IMG/VR virus record: IMGVR_UViG_3300046457_000118
Location: 12,359 to 76,358 of that record
Reading direction: 5' to 3' (one strand)
Source: a virus
DNA: 64,000 bases
Below the pieces are notes generated by a model that made no database searches, was not told the origin of the DNA, and saw only the letters and a program-made list of their open reading frames with translations. Both the position numbers and the translations under genes were made by a program. This document shows, one piece after another, positions 1 through 9,456 of this stretch (the first letter of the stretch is position 1; each line of letters starts with the position of its first letter).

Positions 1-83
1 AATTCAAGTTCGCTCGTGAGAAGCGGGTTGCTGAACTCAATGCCAAGCGTGCTGCTCTGACTGCACCTGCTGCCAACCCGTAA
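1..83 (+). CDS. 3' end of an early gene (partial)
   Basis: Open frame ...KFAREKRVAELNAKRAALTAPAANP with TAA at 81-83, followed by a hairpin terminator. Confidence 0.6.
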   Translation, partial: FKFAREKRVAELNAKRAALTAPAANP

Positions 84-87
84 TACT

Positions 88-114
88 AGAGGGGCTTCGG
101 CCCTTCTTCTTTAT
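88..114 (+). terminator. Intrinsic terminator
   Basis: AGAGGGGC-TTCG-GCCCTTCT then TCTTTATT, directly after a stop codon. Confidence 0.75.
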
Positions 115-134
115 TCAACCTCAAGGAGCTAACC

Positions 135-314
135 ATGAAGTTCTATCTCTATCTGGCTTTGACCACGCTGTTCATGTTGCTGGCTATCCCATCGCTGTTG
201 TTCGGCTTCAAGCTGGCTCAGATGTATAACCTGATGGTATTGGTCCCGATTCCTGCCATGTTCTGCTGTGTTGGTATTGCATTGTTCGGCCATAAGCTGG
301 AGCAGTGCGCATGA
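135..314 (+). CDS. Small early membrane protein (59 aa)
   Basis: AAGGAG RBS; MKFYLYLALTTLFMLLAIPSLLFG..., two hydrophobic stretches. Confidence 0.7.
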   Translation: MKFYLYLALTTLFMLLAIPSLLFGFKLAQMYNLMVLVPIPAMFCCVGIALFGHKLEQCA

Positions 315-347
315 CTATCGGATACCTTCGGGTATCCATAGTTTATT
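315..347 (+). terminator. Probable terminator hairpin
   Basis: GGATACC-TTCG-GGTATCC followed by ATAGTTTATT. Confidence 0.55.
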
Positions 348-464
348 CACACACTACACACATCACACACTCAGAGACAGCCAGTCATAGGCAGTCATCC
401 AACACTGTTCATCCACCATCCTGCGGAGGTAGATAGGAGTTCAATCATCCTATAGGAGATAAGA

Positions 465-581
465 ATGCGACTGAAGTGTCACTTCACTGCTTTCACCACC
501 ATGTTCACAATCATCGTCATCAACATTGTCACCCTGTCATACCTCCTGATTACCGATACTCAACCGATATGCTACACATGA
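465..581 (+). CDS. Small hydrophobic early protein (38 aa)
   Basis: TAGGAG RBS; MRLKCHFTAFTTMFTIIVINIVTLSYLLI... Confidence 0.45.
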   Translation: MRLKCHFTAFTTMFTIIVINIVTLSYLLITDTQPICYT

Positions 582-640
582 TCAGTTGGTAAGCACTCAC
601 ACTCTTAACATATCAACATCTACTTGTATTGGAGATAACT

Positions 641-793
641 ATGTACTCTTGCGTGATCTATGTATGGCCTGATGGTACGTGGTGCTATGACGATGAACTT
701 CATGAGATGACGTACATGTCAGATGACTATGTACGCATTGAAGTTGGTCCTGACCAGACTGTTGATGAAGTATTGCGTGCTACACGCTACTAA
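641..793 (+). CDS. Small acidic early protein (50 aa)
   Basis: GGAG RBS; MYSCVIYVWPDGTWCYDDELHEMTYMSDDY... Confidence 0.7.
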   Translation: MYSCVIYVWPDGTWCYDDELHEMTYMSDDYVRIEVGPDQTVDEVLRATRY

Positions 794-808
794 CTAAAGG
801 AGACAACT

Positions 809-1066
809 ATGAACGAACTCATTCAAGCAGAATTGATGCTGGCTGATCTTGACCGCATCATCAAGGCATCACTGATCAATGACTATGCTGTCGTAGTTGC
901 CACCAACAAACGCATCGTGATCCGCTTCACCAAGGAACATCATGCCAACATCACGGTCCACAATCTCAAGCGTGAACACCGTATGAATGGCAACTACCAT
1001 CCTCTGAACTTCCAGATCGAGAAGGGATTGCGGTCCACCTACTACTATCTGCAAGTGCAGGTATAA
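809..1066 (+). CDS. Hypothetical early protein
   Basis: AAGGAG RBS, tight packing. Confidence 0.75.
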   Translation: MNELIQAELMLADLDRIIKASLINDYAVVVATNKRIVIRFTKEHHANITVHNLKREHRMNGNYHPLNFQIEKGLRSTYYYLQVQV

Positions 1067-1081
1067 CCTATGGAGACACCT

Positions 1082-1261
1082 ATGGACGACCATGACGAAC
1101 ATCATGAGCACACTGACATCTTCATTGCTGTCTTTAACAAGAAGGGCGTACTGAAGGCATCAGACGAACTCTGTTCCTGTAAGCTACCCTATCTGGACAT
1201 GCGTGGCTTCCCTTATGGATGCTCGATCTCCATCCTTACCATCCCGACTTCCATCCATTGA
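1082..1261 (+). CDS. Hypothetical early protein (start 1070 or 1082)
   Basis: ORF track; GGAG lies just before ATG 1082. Confidence 0.55.
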   Translation: MDDHDEHHEHTDIFIAVFNKKGVLKASDELCSCKLPYLDMRGFPYGCSISILTIPTSIH

Positions 1262-1266
1262 ATGAG

Positions 1267-1281
1267 GGCCACTCCGTGGCC
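1267..1281 (+). promoter_or_regulatory. N4-type triloop hairpin, candidate vRNAP promoter
   Basis: GGCCAC-TCC-GTGGCC; template strand reads C-GGA-G as in N4 early promoter hairpins; intergenic. Confidence 0.55.
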
Positions 1282-1308
1282 TTCTTCGCATTACCTCTCA
1301 AGGACTAT

Positions 1309-1533
1309 ATGAAGAACCTCAAGCACTTTGCACTGGCTTGCCTGTGCTATTTCACCATCATCATGTTGATGGAATGCTTCAACCTGATGAATGACAAACC
1401 TTTCATCTATGCGGACATCGAGTTCTTCTCGATTTCCTTGGTCATCATGATTCAAGGTGCATTGGGTATCTACCATGCCATCATGATGTTCCACGTACAT
1501 GATGAATACTTCGACCTGAAAGAAATCGACTGA
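1309..1533 (+). CDS. Small membrane protein
   Basis: AAGGA RBS before MKNLKHF; two hydrophobic segments. Confidence 0.7.
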   Translation: MKNLKHFALACLCYFTIIMLMECFNLMNDKPFIYADIEFFSISLVIMIQGALGIYHAIMMFHVHDEYFDLKEID

Positions 1534-1730
1534 TGCAAAACATTGACCAATCTGAAGCTGCTCACATGCCTGATGCGCAGTTGATCCACGAATGTTGGAT
1601 CTTGGGTTACACGTATCAAGATTACGTGACCAACTGTGAGTTGTTGAATCGTAGTCCGATCAGTAAGGAAACTTTTCACAGCATATATCGCAACTACGAA
1701 ACCATGAGCATCAGGGCCAGAATGCCATGA
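1533..1730 (+). CDS. Hypothetical protein
   Basis: TGATG overlap with the upstream gene. Confidence 0.6.
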   Translation: MQNIDQSEAAHMPDAQLIHECWILGYTYQDYVTNCELLNRSPISKETFHSIYRNYETMSIRARMP

Positions 1731-1755
1731 AAAGGCCGTAACACTGCTCTACCAT

Positions 1756-1771
1756 CACGCTGCGCGTGTAC
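1756..1771 (+). promoter_or_regulatory. Triloop hairpin, candidate vRNAP promoter
   Basis: CACGC-TGC-GCGTG (template C-GCA-G); shares CTGCG(C/G)GTGTAC with the site at 2199. Confidence 0.5.
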
Positions 1772-1827
1772 AACGGTGCTCGAACAATCGGGCACTCTCA
1801 CTTAATCCATCCTTCCCGGAGATCATC

Positions 1828-2145
1828 ATGAATCAACTGTTCCAACCGAAATTCGCCAATCCTTCCGCTCCTGCTGCTGCAACGGTTACTAAAGAAAAGT
1901 GGATGAAAGACGGCTTCCTGAACTTCGATCTGCCTGATCCGCGTTCGGCTGATGGTTTCGCCAAGTTCGGTTCCATCGGTATCGATCTGAAGAATGTCCG
2001 TCATCGCAAGCTGATCGAATGGCTGCTGGCTGATGGTGGTGCTCACTACAATGATCGCATCAAGGTCGTGCAGCAATCGTTCCGTATCACCTTCCGCACT
2101 GCCGAGAAAGACGAGTCCGTCGGCTTCGTTCTGCCGGGCATGTGA
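1828..2145 (+). CDS. Drc / N4 gp2-like ssDNA-binding RNAP II cofactor
   Basis: W..DGFLNFDLP...KFGSIGI...KLIEWL pattern and position just upstream of RNAP II. Confidence 0.7.
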   Translation: MNQLFQPKFANPSAPAAATVTKEKWMKDGFLNFDLPDPRSADGFAKFGSIGIDLKNVRHRKLIEWLLADGGAHYNDRIKVVQQSFRITFRTAEKDESVGFVLPGM

Positions 2146-2152
2146 TGTGCCG

Positions 2153-2188
2153 ATGCCGCTGGCCCTTCGGGGTTGGCGGTATCTTTTT
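2153..2188 (+). terminator. Intrinsic terminator
   Basis: ATGCCGCTGGCCC-TTCG-GGGTTGGCGGTAT followed by CTTTTT. Confidence 0.85.
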
Positions 2189-2198
2189 GCTTGCTCTG

Positions 2199-2212
2199 CC
2201 CTGCGGGTGTAC
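2199..2212 (+). promoter_or_regulatory. Short triloop hairpin, candidate promoter for the RNAP II genes
   Basis: CCC-TGC-GGG-TGTAC immediately after a terminator. Confidence 0.4.
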
Positions 2213-2244
2213 GCGGGTATTACCTATAACTCAAGGAGAACAAT

Positions 2245-2412
2245 ATGAACGTGCAAGAAGCCATTAAGAGTCTGGAACTCACGAAACATACTGAAGCCAA
2301 GCTGATGGTATATATACAGACTGGTCCTTATAGTTGGGAATGGAAAGAAGTGACTCACTTCGTTTCATTAGCAACATCTGAACATGGTGTGATCATTGAT
2401 GTGAACTACTAG
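2245..2412 (+). CDS. Hypothetical protein (55 aa)
   Basis: AAGGAG RBS; MNVQEAIKSLELTK... Confidence 0.7.
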   Translation: MNVQEAIKSLELTKHTEAKLMVYIQTGPYSWEWKEVTHFVSLATSEHGVIIDVNY

Positions 2413-2421
2413 GAGAACAAC

Positions 2422-3348
2422 ATGATCATCGGTGAAATCAACGAAGCCATTGCCTACATCAATCAGGAAGCCAACGAGAAGCGATACAACCGTAAGCATA
2501 TCGATGGCTATATCCGTGACGAGATCAACGCCAGTCCCATGCTGACAGAGCGTGTGGACATTGGTGTCGCCATGTTGGAACACTGGATGTCCTTGGACTG
2601 GTATGAGTCCAAGCGCAAGCGACTGGATCAGTTGCATGGACTGGACCTGCGTGAGTTGGTCATGGACCTATTCGTGGGTCTGTCCTACTTCATCCGTGAG
2701 GAACTGTTTACCAGTGTCACGGCACAGTTGGCTGGCAAGCTCAGGTTCAGTGATAAGCCTGAAGCCATCAAGACCACAGCAGAGATCATCGCTGTGCTGT
2801 CCAAGATGGATGTGTTTGCCATCACCAAGAAGACCAAGCAGTCATCCCTGATGCTGGTCAGCTACCTGCCACTGTCACCCAAGCTGAAGGACTTCATCGA
2901 CCAGAGCGAGTATCTTCCACCCATGGTGTGTGAGCCTAGGAAACTCACCAGTAACTACAGCAGTGGCTATCTCAGCCACAATGACAGCCTGATCCTGAAG
3001 GCAGGCAACCACCACGATGGTGACATCTGCCTCGACGTGCTCAACCTGATGAACAGGGTGAAGCTGTCGTTGAACTTGGAGTTCCTCAGTACGGTCGAGG
3101 AAATGCCGAGTGAGGCACCGAATACGCAAGAGCAGTTGGATAACTGGAACAGGTTCAAGAAGCAGTCGTATCGTTTCTATGAACTGATGGTGAGTCAGGG
3201 TAATTGCTTTTATCTGTGCCACAAAGTCGATAAAAGAGGTAGAATATACGCTAGCGGATATCATATTTCAACCATGGGATCGTCCTTCAAGAAAGCGTCC
3301 ATCGAGTTGCATAAGAAGGAGTTTATTGAAGGCGTTCCCACCTCATAA
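2422..3348 (+). CDS. RNA polymerase II subunit 1 (N4 gp15-like)
   Basis: PPMVCEP motif and T7-family DKRGRIY (DxRGR) near the C-terminus. Confidence 0.92.
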   Translation: MIIGEINEAIAYINQEANEKRYNRKHIDGYIRDEINASPMLTERVDIGVAMLEHWMSLDWYESKRKRLDQLHGLDLRELVMDLFVGLSYFIREELFTSVTAQLAGKLRFSDKPEAIKTTAEIIAVLSKMDVFAITKKTKQSSLMLVSYLPLSPKLKDFIDQSEYLPPMVCEPRKLTSNYSSGYLSHNDSLILKAGNHHDGDICLDVLNLMNRVKLSLNLEFLSTVEEMPSEAPNTQEQLDNWNRFKKQSYRFYELMVSQGNCFYLCHKVDKRGRIYASGYHISTMGSSFKKASIELHKKEFIEGVPTS

Positions 3349-3358
3349 GGAACCTTTG

Positions 3359-4018
3359 ATGGCGAAGCCAAAGAAGAATGTGGTAGGCGAAGTGTATGGG
3401 CGCTTAACCATCACAGGTGACGCACCTTACCGTACCAAAGACCGTCGCGTGTACGTTCAGTGTGAGTGCGGTAATGCCAAGGATGTGCTCTTAGGTGATC
3501 TGCGTAGGGGCGATACCGTGTCTTGTGGTTGTTACCTTAAAGAAGTAATCATGGTACATGGTGACGCCACTACACGCCTGTACAAAATCTTCAAGGGTAT
3601 GCATAACAGGTGCTGCCTACCATCCACTACTCGCTATGTCGAGTACGGTGGTAGAGGCATCCGTGTCTGCCCTGAATGGCACGATTATGAAGTGTTCCGG
3701 GCATGGGCACTAACGCATGGCTACGAAGATACCTTGAGCATTGACCGTAAGGACAATGACAAGAATTACGAGCCAGATAACTGTAGGTGGATACCGAAAG
3801 GCCATCAACAGCGCAACAAGCGTGTAATAGGTGCCTCATCCCAATACGTCGGTGTTACCAAGTGCAAACAAACCGGACGCTGGTTAGCCATGATCAAGGT
3901 CGATGGCAAACAGAAGAATCTTGGTCGCTATGACACTGAAGCGGAAGCAGCAAAAGCACGCGATAACTATATCGTGGTGAATGCATTGGAGCATTACATC
4001 ATGAATAACATACTCTAA
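3359..4018 (+). CDS. Free-standing HNH homing endonuclease with AP2 domain
   Basis: GRLT..CECG..SCGC; YGGRGIRVCPEW; SIDRKDNDKNYEPDNCRW; C-terminal SSQYVGV...LGRYDTEAEAAKARD. Confidence 0.88.
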   Translation: MAKPKKNVVGEVYGRLTITGDAPYRTKDRRVYVQCECGNAKDVLLGDLRRGDTVSCGCYLKEVIMVHGDATTRLYKIFKGMHNRCCLPSTTRYVEYGGRGIRVCPEWHDYEVFRAWALTHGYEDTLSIDRKDNDKNYEPDNCRWIPKGHQQRNKRVIGASSQYVGVTKCKQTGRWLAMIKVDGKQKNLGRYDTEAEAAKARDNYIVVNALEHYIMNNIL

Positions 4019-4034
4019 CTCAAGGAGAAATACC

Positions 4035-5297
4035 ATGAAAAGCTTCACAGGTTGGGAATACATGCTGATCGACGTGGCCAATAACTATGGTCATGACAAG
4101 GAACTGTTCGAGACCCGTATCGATTGGGCTAACAGGCATATGCATGAACTGGAAGCCATTGCAGGTGCTGCGGATAACTATCCTCAGTACTGCAAGGGTG
4201 TGATGGCCATCCGTGCAGCCATGCGTGGTGAAGCCATTGGCCATACGGTGGCATTGGATGCCGTGTGTTCTGGCATTCAGATCATGTCGGCACTGACTGG
4301 TTGTATTACTGGTGCAACAGCGACTGGATTGGTGGATCCGGATCGTAGGGCTGATGCTTATGGGCAATTGCAGGCCATGATGCAGGGTGAACTGGGTATG
4401 GCATTCACCGTATCGCGTGGTGATGCCAAGGATGCGATGATGCCCATGTTCTATGGCAGCAAGAAGAAGCCAGTGGAGATCTTCGGGGAAGGTACCGAAG
4501 AACTCAGTGCCTACTACCGTCAGGTGAAGGAACTGGCACCAGGTGCTTGGGAAGCTCTGCAAACCCTGCTTGCTTCGTGGCAATCACATGCTCTGGTGCA
4601 TGAATGGAAGCTGCCTGATGGCTTCCATGCCCGTATCAAGGTCATGACCAAGGTGACGGCTGATGATAGCCGTAGCCGTATCGAGGTGGACGAGTTGGAT
4701 GGTGCCACCTTCACCTATGAGTACAAGATCAATGAGGCTACCGAGCGTGGTGTCAGCAATGCAGCCAATGTAATTCACAGTATTGATGCGTGGATCATGC
4801 GTAGCATGCACCGTCGCTGTAACTATGACAAAGCCATGGTGGAAGAAGCATATGGTATGTGTCGTGGTACGCTGTCTGATCGTACTGTATTCGGTACGCA
4901 GCGGGTATGTGATGAGACTGACGACAGGATCACCTACTATATGCAACAGTACGAGCGCAGTGGCTTGGCTGATGTGGTGATCTTGCCGTACATCGACATG
5001 TACAGTGTAGAGAGGTTGAGCAATCAGCATCTGCAAGACCTAATCCGCATCATGGATAGCATGCTCAAGCACCCACCCTTCGAGTTGATCACGGTGCACG
5101 ACGAGTTCAGGTGCTGCCCGAACTACATGAACCATGTGCGTCAACACTACATCGACATCTTTGCCGAGATCGCGGACAGTGATCTGCTGGGTGACATCCT
5201 GTCCCAGATTCATGGTTTCCATGGTCAGGTGCACAAGCTGTCTGGTCCGGGAGAGTTGTCGGCATTGATCCGGAACAGCAACTACAGCTTGTCTTGA
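4035..5297 (+). CDS. RNA polymerase II subunit 2 (N4 gp16-like)
   Basis: Motif A LDAVCSGIQI, motif B RGDAKDAMMPMFYG, motif C TVHDEF. Confidence 0.93.
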   Translation: MKSFTGWEYMLIDVANNYGHDKELFETRIDWANRHMHELEAIAGAADNYPQYCKGVMAIRAAMRGEAIGHTVALDAVCSGIQIMSALTGCITGATATGLVDPDRRADAYGQLQAMMQGELGMAFTVSRGDAKDAMMPMFYGSKKKPVEIFGEGTEELSAYYRQVKELAPGAWEALQTLLASWQSHALVHEWKLPDGFHARIKVMTKVTADDSRSRIEVDELDGATFTYEYKINEATERGVSNAANVIHSIDAWIMRSMHRRCNYDKAMVEEAYGMCRGTLSDRTVFGTQRVCDETDDRITYYMQQYERSGLADVVILPYIDMYSVERLSNQHLQDLIRIMDSMLKHPPFELITVHDEFRCCPNYMNHVRQHYIDIFAEIADSDLLGDILSQIHGFHGQVHKLSGPGELSALIRNSNYSLS

Positions 5298-5306
5298 TAG
5301 CAAAAT

Positions 5307-5340
5307 GGTATTACCCTTCGGGGTAATACCACTTCTTTTT
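5307..5340 (+). terminator. Intrinsic terminator
   Basis: GGTATTACCC-TTCG-GGGTAATACC followed by ACTTCTTTTT. Confidence 0.8.
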
Positions 5341-5355
5341 CCCAAGGAAACCATC

Positions 5356-5676
5356 ATGAACCAAGCACAGATCGATGCATTGGTCCGTCAGCATTTGCCT
5401 GATTGGGCCATCAAACGGGCCAATGGACTGGAACTGGGTGCCCAGTTGCCTACCCGAGATGGCCGCAAGACCGGGAATGCCCACATCGTGGACATCAAGC
5501 CAGCCGAACGAGGCCGTATGGGCTTGAGCTACCTGATCCTGACAGATGCCGGGAACAGCTTCATCATGAGTGAGCCGGAGGTACTGGCCCAGTACTATCC
5601 ACCCGAGTTCGTGGGTGATGTGCAGGCCATCATTGGCAAGTTCTGGCGTCACTCTGAACCATTACTGGTAGCGTAA
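5356..5676 (+). CDS. Phage hypothetical protein
   Basis: AAGGAA RBS; GAQLPTRDGRKTGNA...LTDAGN. Confidence 0.8.
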   Translation: MNQAQIDALVRQHLPDWAIKRANGLELGAQLPTRDGRKTGNAHIVDIKPAERGRMGLSYLILTDAGNSFIMSEPEVLAQYYPPEFVGDVQAIIGKFWRHSEPLLVA

Positions 5677-5682
5677 GACAGG

Positions 5683-5697
5683 GCACGCTCCGCGTGC
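5683..5697 (+). promoter_or_regulatory. N4-type triloop hairpin
   Basis: GCACGC-TCC-GCGTGC preceded by CAGG; intergenic. Confidence 0.5.
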
Positions 5698-5830
5698 TGG
5701 CGTGAGAACGTTCTGTCGTTCTCCTTGAGTGGAATCCTTGATTCCTTTGGGAGTGGTCCTTGACTGGTCCACTCTCTTTTTTTATCCCTCGACTGTTGGC
5801 CTGACTAAGACAGTCATTAAGGAACTGTCC

Positions 5831-6139
5831 ATGCTACTCAAATCCATACTAAACAAAGTGATTCGTTATGTAAGCGAACACCCGACCGACGAAGGATGCA
5901 TTCGTATCCGTCAGTGCGTACAGCAGAGTAATCGAACGTTGGACGAGTTTATTTATGCGCTCGATATGCGTGAGATTGGGCTGCTACGTGATCTGGTGCC
6001 ATTGGCATTCCCACGTCACCTAAGACCACCAGTCGAGTTGGTTCTGTTCCAGAACAACTTGGGTGCATGGCGTTTGGACCCTAAGCTGAAGGAGACAGTC
6101 AATAGTGATGACTCCCTTACAACTATGAGAAGTCAGTGA
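5831..6139 (+). CDS. Hypothetical protein
   Basis: TAAGGAA RBS before MLLKSIL. Confidence 0.65.
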   Translation: MLLKSILNKVIRYVSEHPTDEGCIRIRQCVQQSNRTLDEFIYALDMREIGLLRDLVPLAFPRHLRPPVELVLFQNNLGAWRLDPKLKETVNSDDSLTTMRSQ

Positions 6140-6228
6140 GAACTTCTCATTAAACCCATACCGATAAACTAAAAGTCAGAATTTTTGAATTCTGGCGATA
6201 GAAACCCGATACCCTAACGAGTACCCAC

Positions 6229-6468
6229 ATGACCCCATCCGATACCCCTATTGACCCATGCTCACCCGAAGGGGTGAAGCAGGCCGGCCTCCGTCCGGTG
6301 CGCTTGGGGCTGTTCCCTTCACTGGACAGCCTCGACGCCGTGATTGATCTGGGCCTGTCCCAGTTACCGATCACCAACCCCAATCAACTGGTAGGCCTCC
6401 TGATGACCTACCACAACAGTCTCGTGCAAGTCATCGAGAAGGAACAGGAACATGAAGCGCCTGCTTGA
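6229..6468 (+). CDS. Hypothetical protein
   Basis: ORF track; SQLPITNPNQLVGLLMTYHNSL resembles a small N4-like phage protein. Confidence 0.7.
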   Translation: MTPSDTPIDPCSPEGVKQAGLRPVRLGLFPSLDSLDAVIDLGLSQLPITNPNQLVGLLMTYHNSLVQVIEKEQEHEAPA

Positions 6469-6724
6469 TCTGAACGCATTCGATGTGCTGTCTCAGATAA
6501 CCACTGTCCACCATGGATTGTTATCTGTTGAACAACACATGCGTTACCTGATGTTCATGCAAGCGATTGCGGAGATGTCAGAAGCGCATGGATGGCGCAG
6601 TAAGAAAGTCATTGATCAGCTTGATCCACTTATCTTGGAGCATAGTGGTGAAGCTGAAATCGACTACAGCTTGTTGAGTAGATATGCACGTCTCGCTGAC
6701 CTTACATTCAACCTTCTACATTAA
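6452..6724 (+). CDS. Hypothetical protein
   Basis: Overlapping start with AGGA RBS. Confidence 0.65.
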   Translation: MKRLLDLNAFDVLSQITTVHHGLLSVEQHMRYLMFMQAIAEMSEAHGWRSKKVIDQLDPLILEHSGEAEIDYSLLSRYARLADLTFNLLH

Positions 6725-6733
6725 GGAACGAGT

Positions 6734-6892
6734 ATGAACAAGAAGCTGCTCGACCTGATCAAACAGAAGTTCATTGAACGTTTACAAGCCAAGACTGGCT
6801 GGGGACGCAATGATGTCATCAACGAATACCAAGACGCTGTGAATGAATCTCTGCTGGAACTGATGGACCAGCAATCCAAACCAACTGAATAG
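6734..6892 (+). CDS. Small phage protein (52 aa)
   Basis: TAAGGAA RBS; MNKKLLDLIKQKFIERLQAKTGWGRNDV... Confidence 0.7.
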   Translation: MNKKLLDLIKQKFIERLQAKTGWGRNDVINEYQDAVNESLLELMDQQSKPTE

Positions 6893-6900
6893 GACACAAC

Positions 6901-7947
6901 ATGACCTTGACCGTCAATATTGCAACCGCCAAGCGCATGGCCCTCAAGGGTCTGCTGGCTGGCTTGGTACCGATGCTGTGGGGACCGCCTGCCATCGGCA
7001 AGAGTGCGATCACGCACCAGATCGCCCAAGAGAACAAGCTGTTCCTGATCGATGAGCGCCTGTCGGACTGTGATCCCACGGACTTGAAGGGCTACCCTTC
7101 GGTCAACGACAAGACCGGCAAGGGCTTCTACAGGCCCATGGAGACCTTCCCGCTCGAAGGTGACCCGTTACCCTTCATCGCAGGCACGAAGCATCCCTAC
7201 GAGGGCTGGCTGCTGTTCCTCGACGAACTGACCAATGCCGACGATGACGTACGCAAGGCTGCATACAAGCTGATCCTCGACCGCAAGGTGGGCCAGCGTA
7301 ACCTGCACCCGAACGTGGCCATCGTCTGTGCCGGTAACGGTATCGAGCACGGTGCCATGGCCAACGAACTGGGCACGGCCATGCAGTCGCGTCTACTGCA
7401 CATCGACATCGAACTGGACTTCAAGACGTGGATGTCGTGGGCCATCGAGAACCAGATCGACCAGCGCATCCGTGACTATCTGAACTTCACCCGTGGCGAG
7501 AAGCTCTACACCTTCAAGCCAGATCACACCGACAAGACCTTCGCGTCGCCCCGTACCTGGGAATTCGCAGACAAGTACATCAAGGTCCATGGCTTCGATG
7601 ACCAGGACATCTACCCGTCGCTGGCAGGCGTGGTCAGTCCCGGTGTGGCCGCAGAGTTCATGCAGTTCTGCACCGTCTACAGTACACTGCCGAAGATCGA
7701 CACGATCCTGCAAGGTCCGGACTGGGCACCTGTTCCCGATGGCTTGTCTTCGATCTTCGCCCTGTGCGGCAATCTGGCTGCGGCCATGAATACGAGTAAC
7801 GCGGACAAGCTGATGGCTTACATCAAGCGCCTGCCCCCCGAGTTCATGATCGTCACCATGATCGATGCCATCAAGCGTGACCAGACGCTCAAGCAGAACA
7901 GCCAGATTCGCTCGTGGGCCATGCAGAACGGCCACGAGTTGTTCTGA
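6901..7947 (+). CDS. MoxR-type AAA+ ATPase (N4 gp24-like)
   Basis: Walker A GPPAIGKS, Walker B LLFLDE, CAGN, SPRTW. Confidence 0.9.
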   Translation: MTLTVNIATAKRMALKGLLAGLVPMLWGPPAIGKSAITHQIAQENKLFLIDERLSDCDPTDLKGYPSVNDKTGKGFYRPMETFPLEGDPLPFIAGTKHPYEGWLLFLDELTNADDDVRKAAYKLILDRKVGQRNLHPNVAIVCAGNGIEHGAMANELGTAMQSRLLHIDIELDFKTWMSWAIENQIDQRIRDYLNFTRGEKLYTFKPDHTDKTFASPRTWEFADKYIKVHGFDDQDIYPSLAGVVSPGVAAEFMQFCTVYSTLPKIDTILQGPDWAPVPDGLSSIFALCGNLAAAMNTSNADKLMAYIKRLPPEFMIVTMIDAIKRDQTLKQNSQIRSWAMQNGHELF

Positions 7948-8023
7948 CACGACGCGACGTATCCTCCCATACGTCGCCGGGAGATGGGCAGCGCATCTCC
8001 CACCAACCTCACAAGGAAACCTT

Positions 8024-8401
8024 ATGGCCAAGAAGACGCCAGTACTTATTGTGGAAGAACCGAAGCCATGGTCACTGACACAGGCAGACATCGATTCCAT
8101 CACCGATGCTGAGTATGCGCGTGGCACAACCCGGTTGCTGCCCCCTGTCGATGACATCCCTGATGTGTACTTCGGTCCATTCAAGGGCTATGGTGCAGGC
8201 AATGTGTACTTCCGTATTGCAGATGCCATGTACGTGGGAGAGGAACCTCCCATGGGTGATATCGAATTTAAGGAAGGCTTTACCGGTGAAGGTGTGGAGC
8301 GTCTGTTGACCGCACACCTGCGTTCGGTAGAGCCTGAACATCAACACAAGATGGCAGGCATGGCTTACATGATCGCCACCATCATGACCATCACGGAGTA
8401 G
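8024..8401 (+). CDS. Hypothetical protein
   Basis: AAGGAA RBS; C-terminal LRSVEPEHQHKMAGMAYM. Confidence 0.75.
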   Translation: MAKKTPVLIVEEPKPWSLTQADIDSITDAEYARGTTRLLPPVDDIPDVYFGPFKGYGAGNVYFRIADAMYVGEEPPMGDIEFKEGFTGEGVERLLTAHLRSVEPEHQHKMAGMAYMIATIMTITE

Positions 8402-8403
8402 AC

Positions 8404-9456
8404 ATGAACAAGGATACACAGCCGACCGGCGATCTGACGGATGAGCGAATCAAAGAAGCTGCGCGAGAGGGCGAACGCCGAGGCCGCGCCGTTATCGACA
8501 ACCACCTGCAAATGATGGAAACGAACCGGCACTACCGCGAGCGCATTTTTAACGCCATCGTTGAGCACGACGCCAAAGAAGGACTGCACAGGTTCGTCCA
8601 CCTCGCGGGCCACTCACAGGCAACCAAGGCGCAAGCAGTGCCGGAAGGCTTCGCACTGGTGCCAATTGAGCCGACGCAAGAGATGTTCGCTGCTGCACGC
8701 ACATCGACACCTGGAAGCAACACGGAAAAGCTGCTGATGGCCAACTACTGGCGGAACATGCTTGCCGCCGCTCCTACCGCACAGGAAGTCACCCAGCAGG
8801 CAGCGCCGGACCTGCACATGATTCAACTGCGCCTTAAGCAGATTCTGAATCCAGCACTGGGCCAGCTTTCTGCTCAATGGATGGCTGCTGATGCGCTTTA
8901 TTACCTGACCAAAGACGATAGTTTTGCAGATATTGCGGACAGTCTAATGACTCAGCAGGCAGCGAAGGCCGAGACAGCCGAGCAGGCGAAGCCTGAATTG
9001 ACGGTATGGGAAAGCGCGATGCCCGAGTCGAACGGCAAGTCGAACTTCACCGCCGTCCTGCACCGCAAAGACAGCAAAGGGTTCGATCTGTTCACCGATG
9101 GCTTCCAGTTCGCACGCTCCGAGTATCCCGACCGGGTGCGCTACGAGGCCGACTTCATGCGTTGGCTGATTGGCGAGCGCGCCGAGCGGCCGGAACTGTG
9201 GGACGACTGCTACGACATGGACAAGCACAGCGGTTATGTCGCCCCTACTACCAGCACCGTGAGCGCGTCAGATGAAAAAGCCGTTTCAGATGTGTTGATC
9301 GATGCAGCACTTGAGGCAGCGGCGCAACTCTGCGACCGCTTCGCTGACCGTGACATGCACCCAGCAGAGTGCGCAGGTGCAATCAGGATGATGAAGCGCA
9401 CCCGCACCGCAGCTCAAGCTGCTGCCGATGCAGAGAAAGGACAGCACAATGGATAA
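8404..9456 (+). CDS. Mosaic Ead/Ea22-like temperate-phage-type protein
   Basis: VPEGFALVPIEPTQEM...MLAAAP and ALEAAAQLCD...AECAGAIR modules; different codon usage. Confidence 0.65.
   Translation: MNKDTQPTGDLTDERIKEAAREGERRGRAVIDNHLQMMETNRHYRERIFNAIVEHDAKEGLHRFVHLAGHSQATKAQAVPEGFALVPIEPTQEMFAAARTSTPGSNTEKLLMANYWRNMLAAAPTAQEVTQQAAPDLHMIQLRLKQILNPALGQLSAQWMAADALYYLTKDDSFADIADSLMTQQAAKAETAEQAKPELTVWESAMPESNGKSNFTAVLHRKDSKGFDLFTDGFQFARSEYPDRVRYEADFMRWLIGERAERPELWDDCYDMDKHSGYVAPTTSTVSASDEKAVSDVLIDAALEAAAQLCDRFADRDMHPAECAGAIRMMKRTRTAAQAAADAEKGQHNG

Noticed and set aside
2227-4030. Repeated TAACTCAAGGAGAA at 2227 and 4016
   Set aside because: Explained by the Shine-Dalgarno context
2422-5297. Two-gene RNA polymerase II as a novelty
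   Set aside because: The heterodimeric RNAP II is the normal N4-like state
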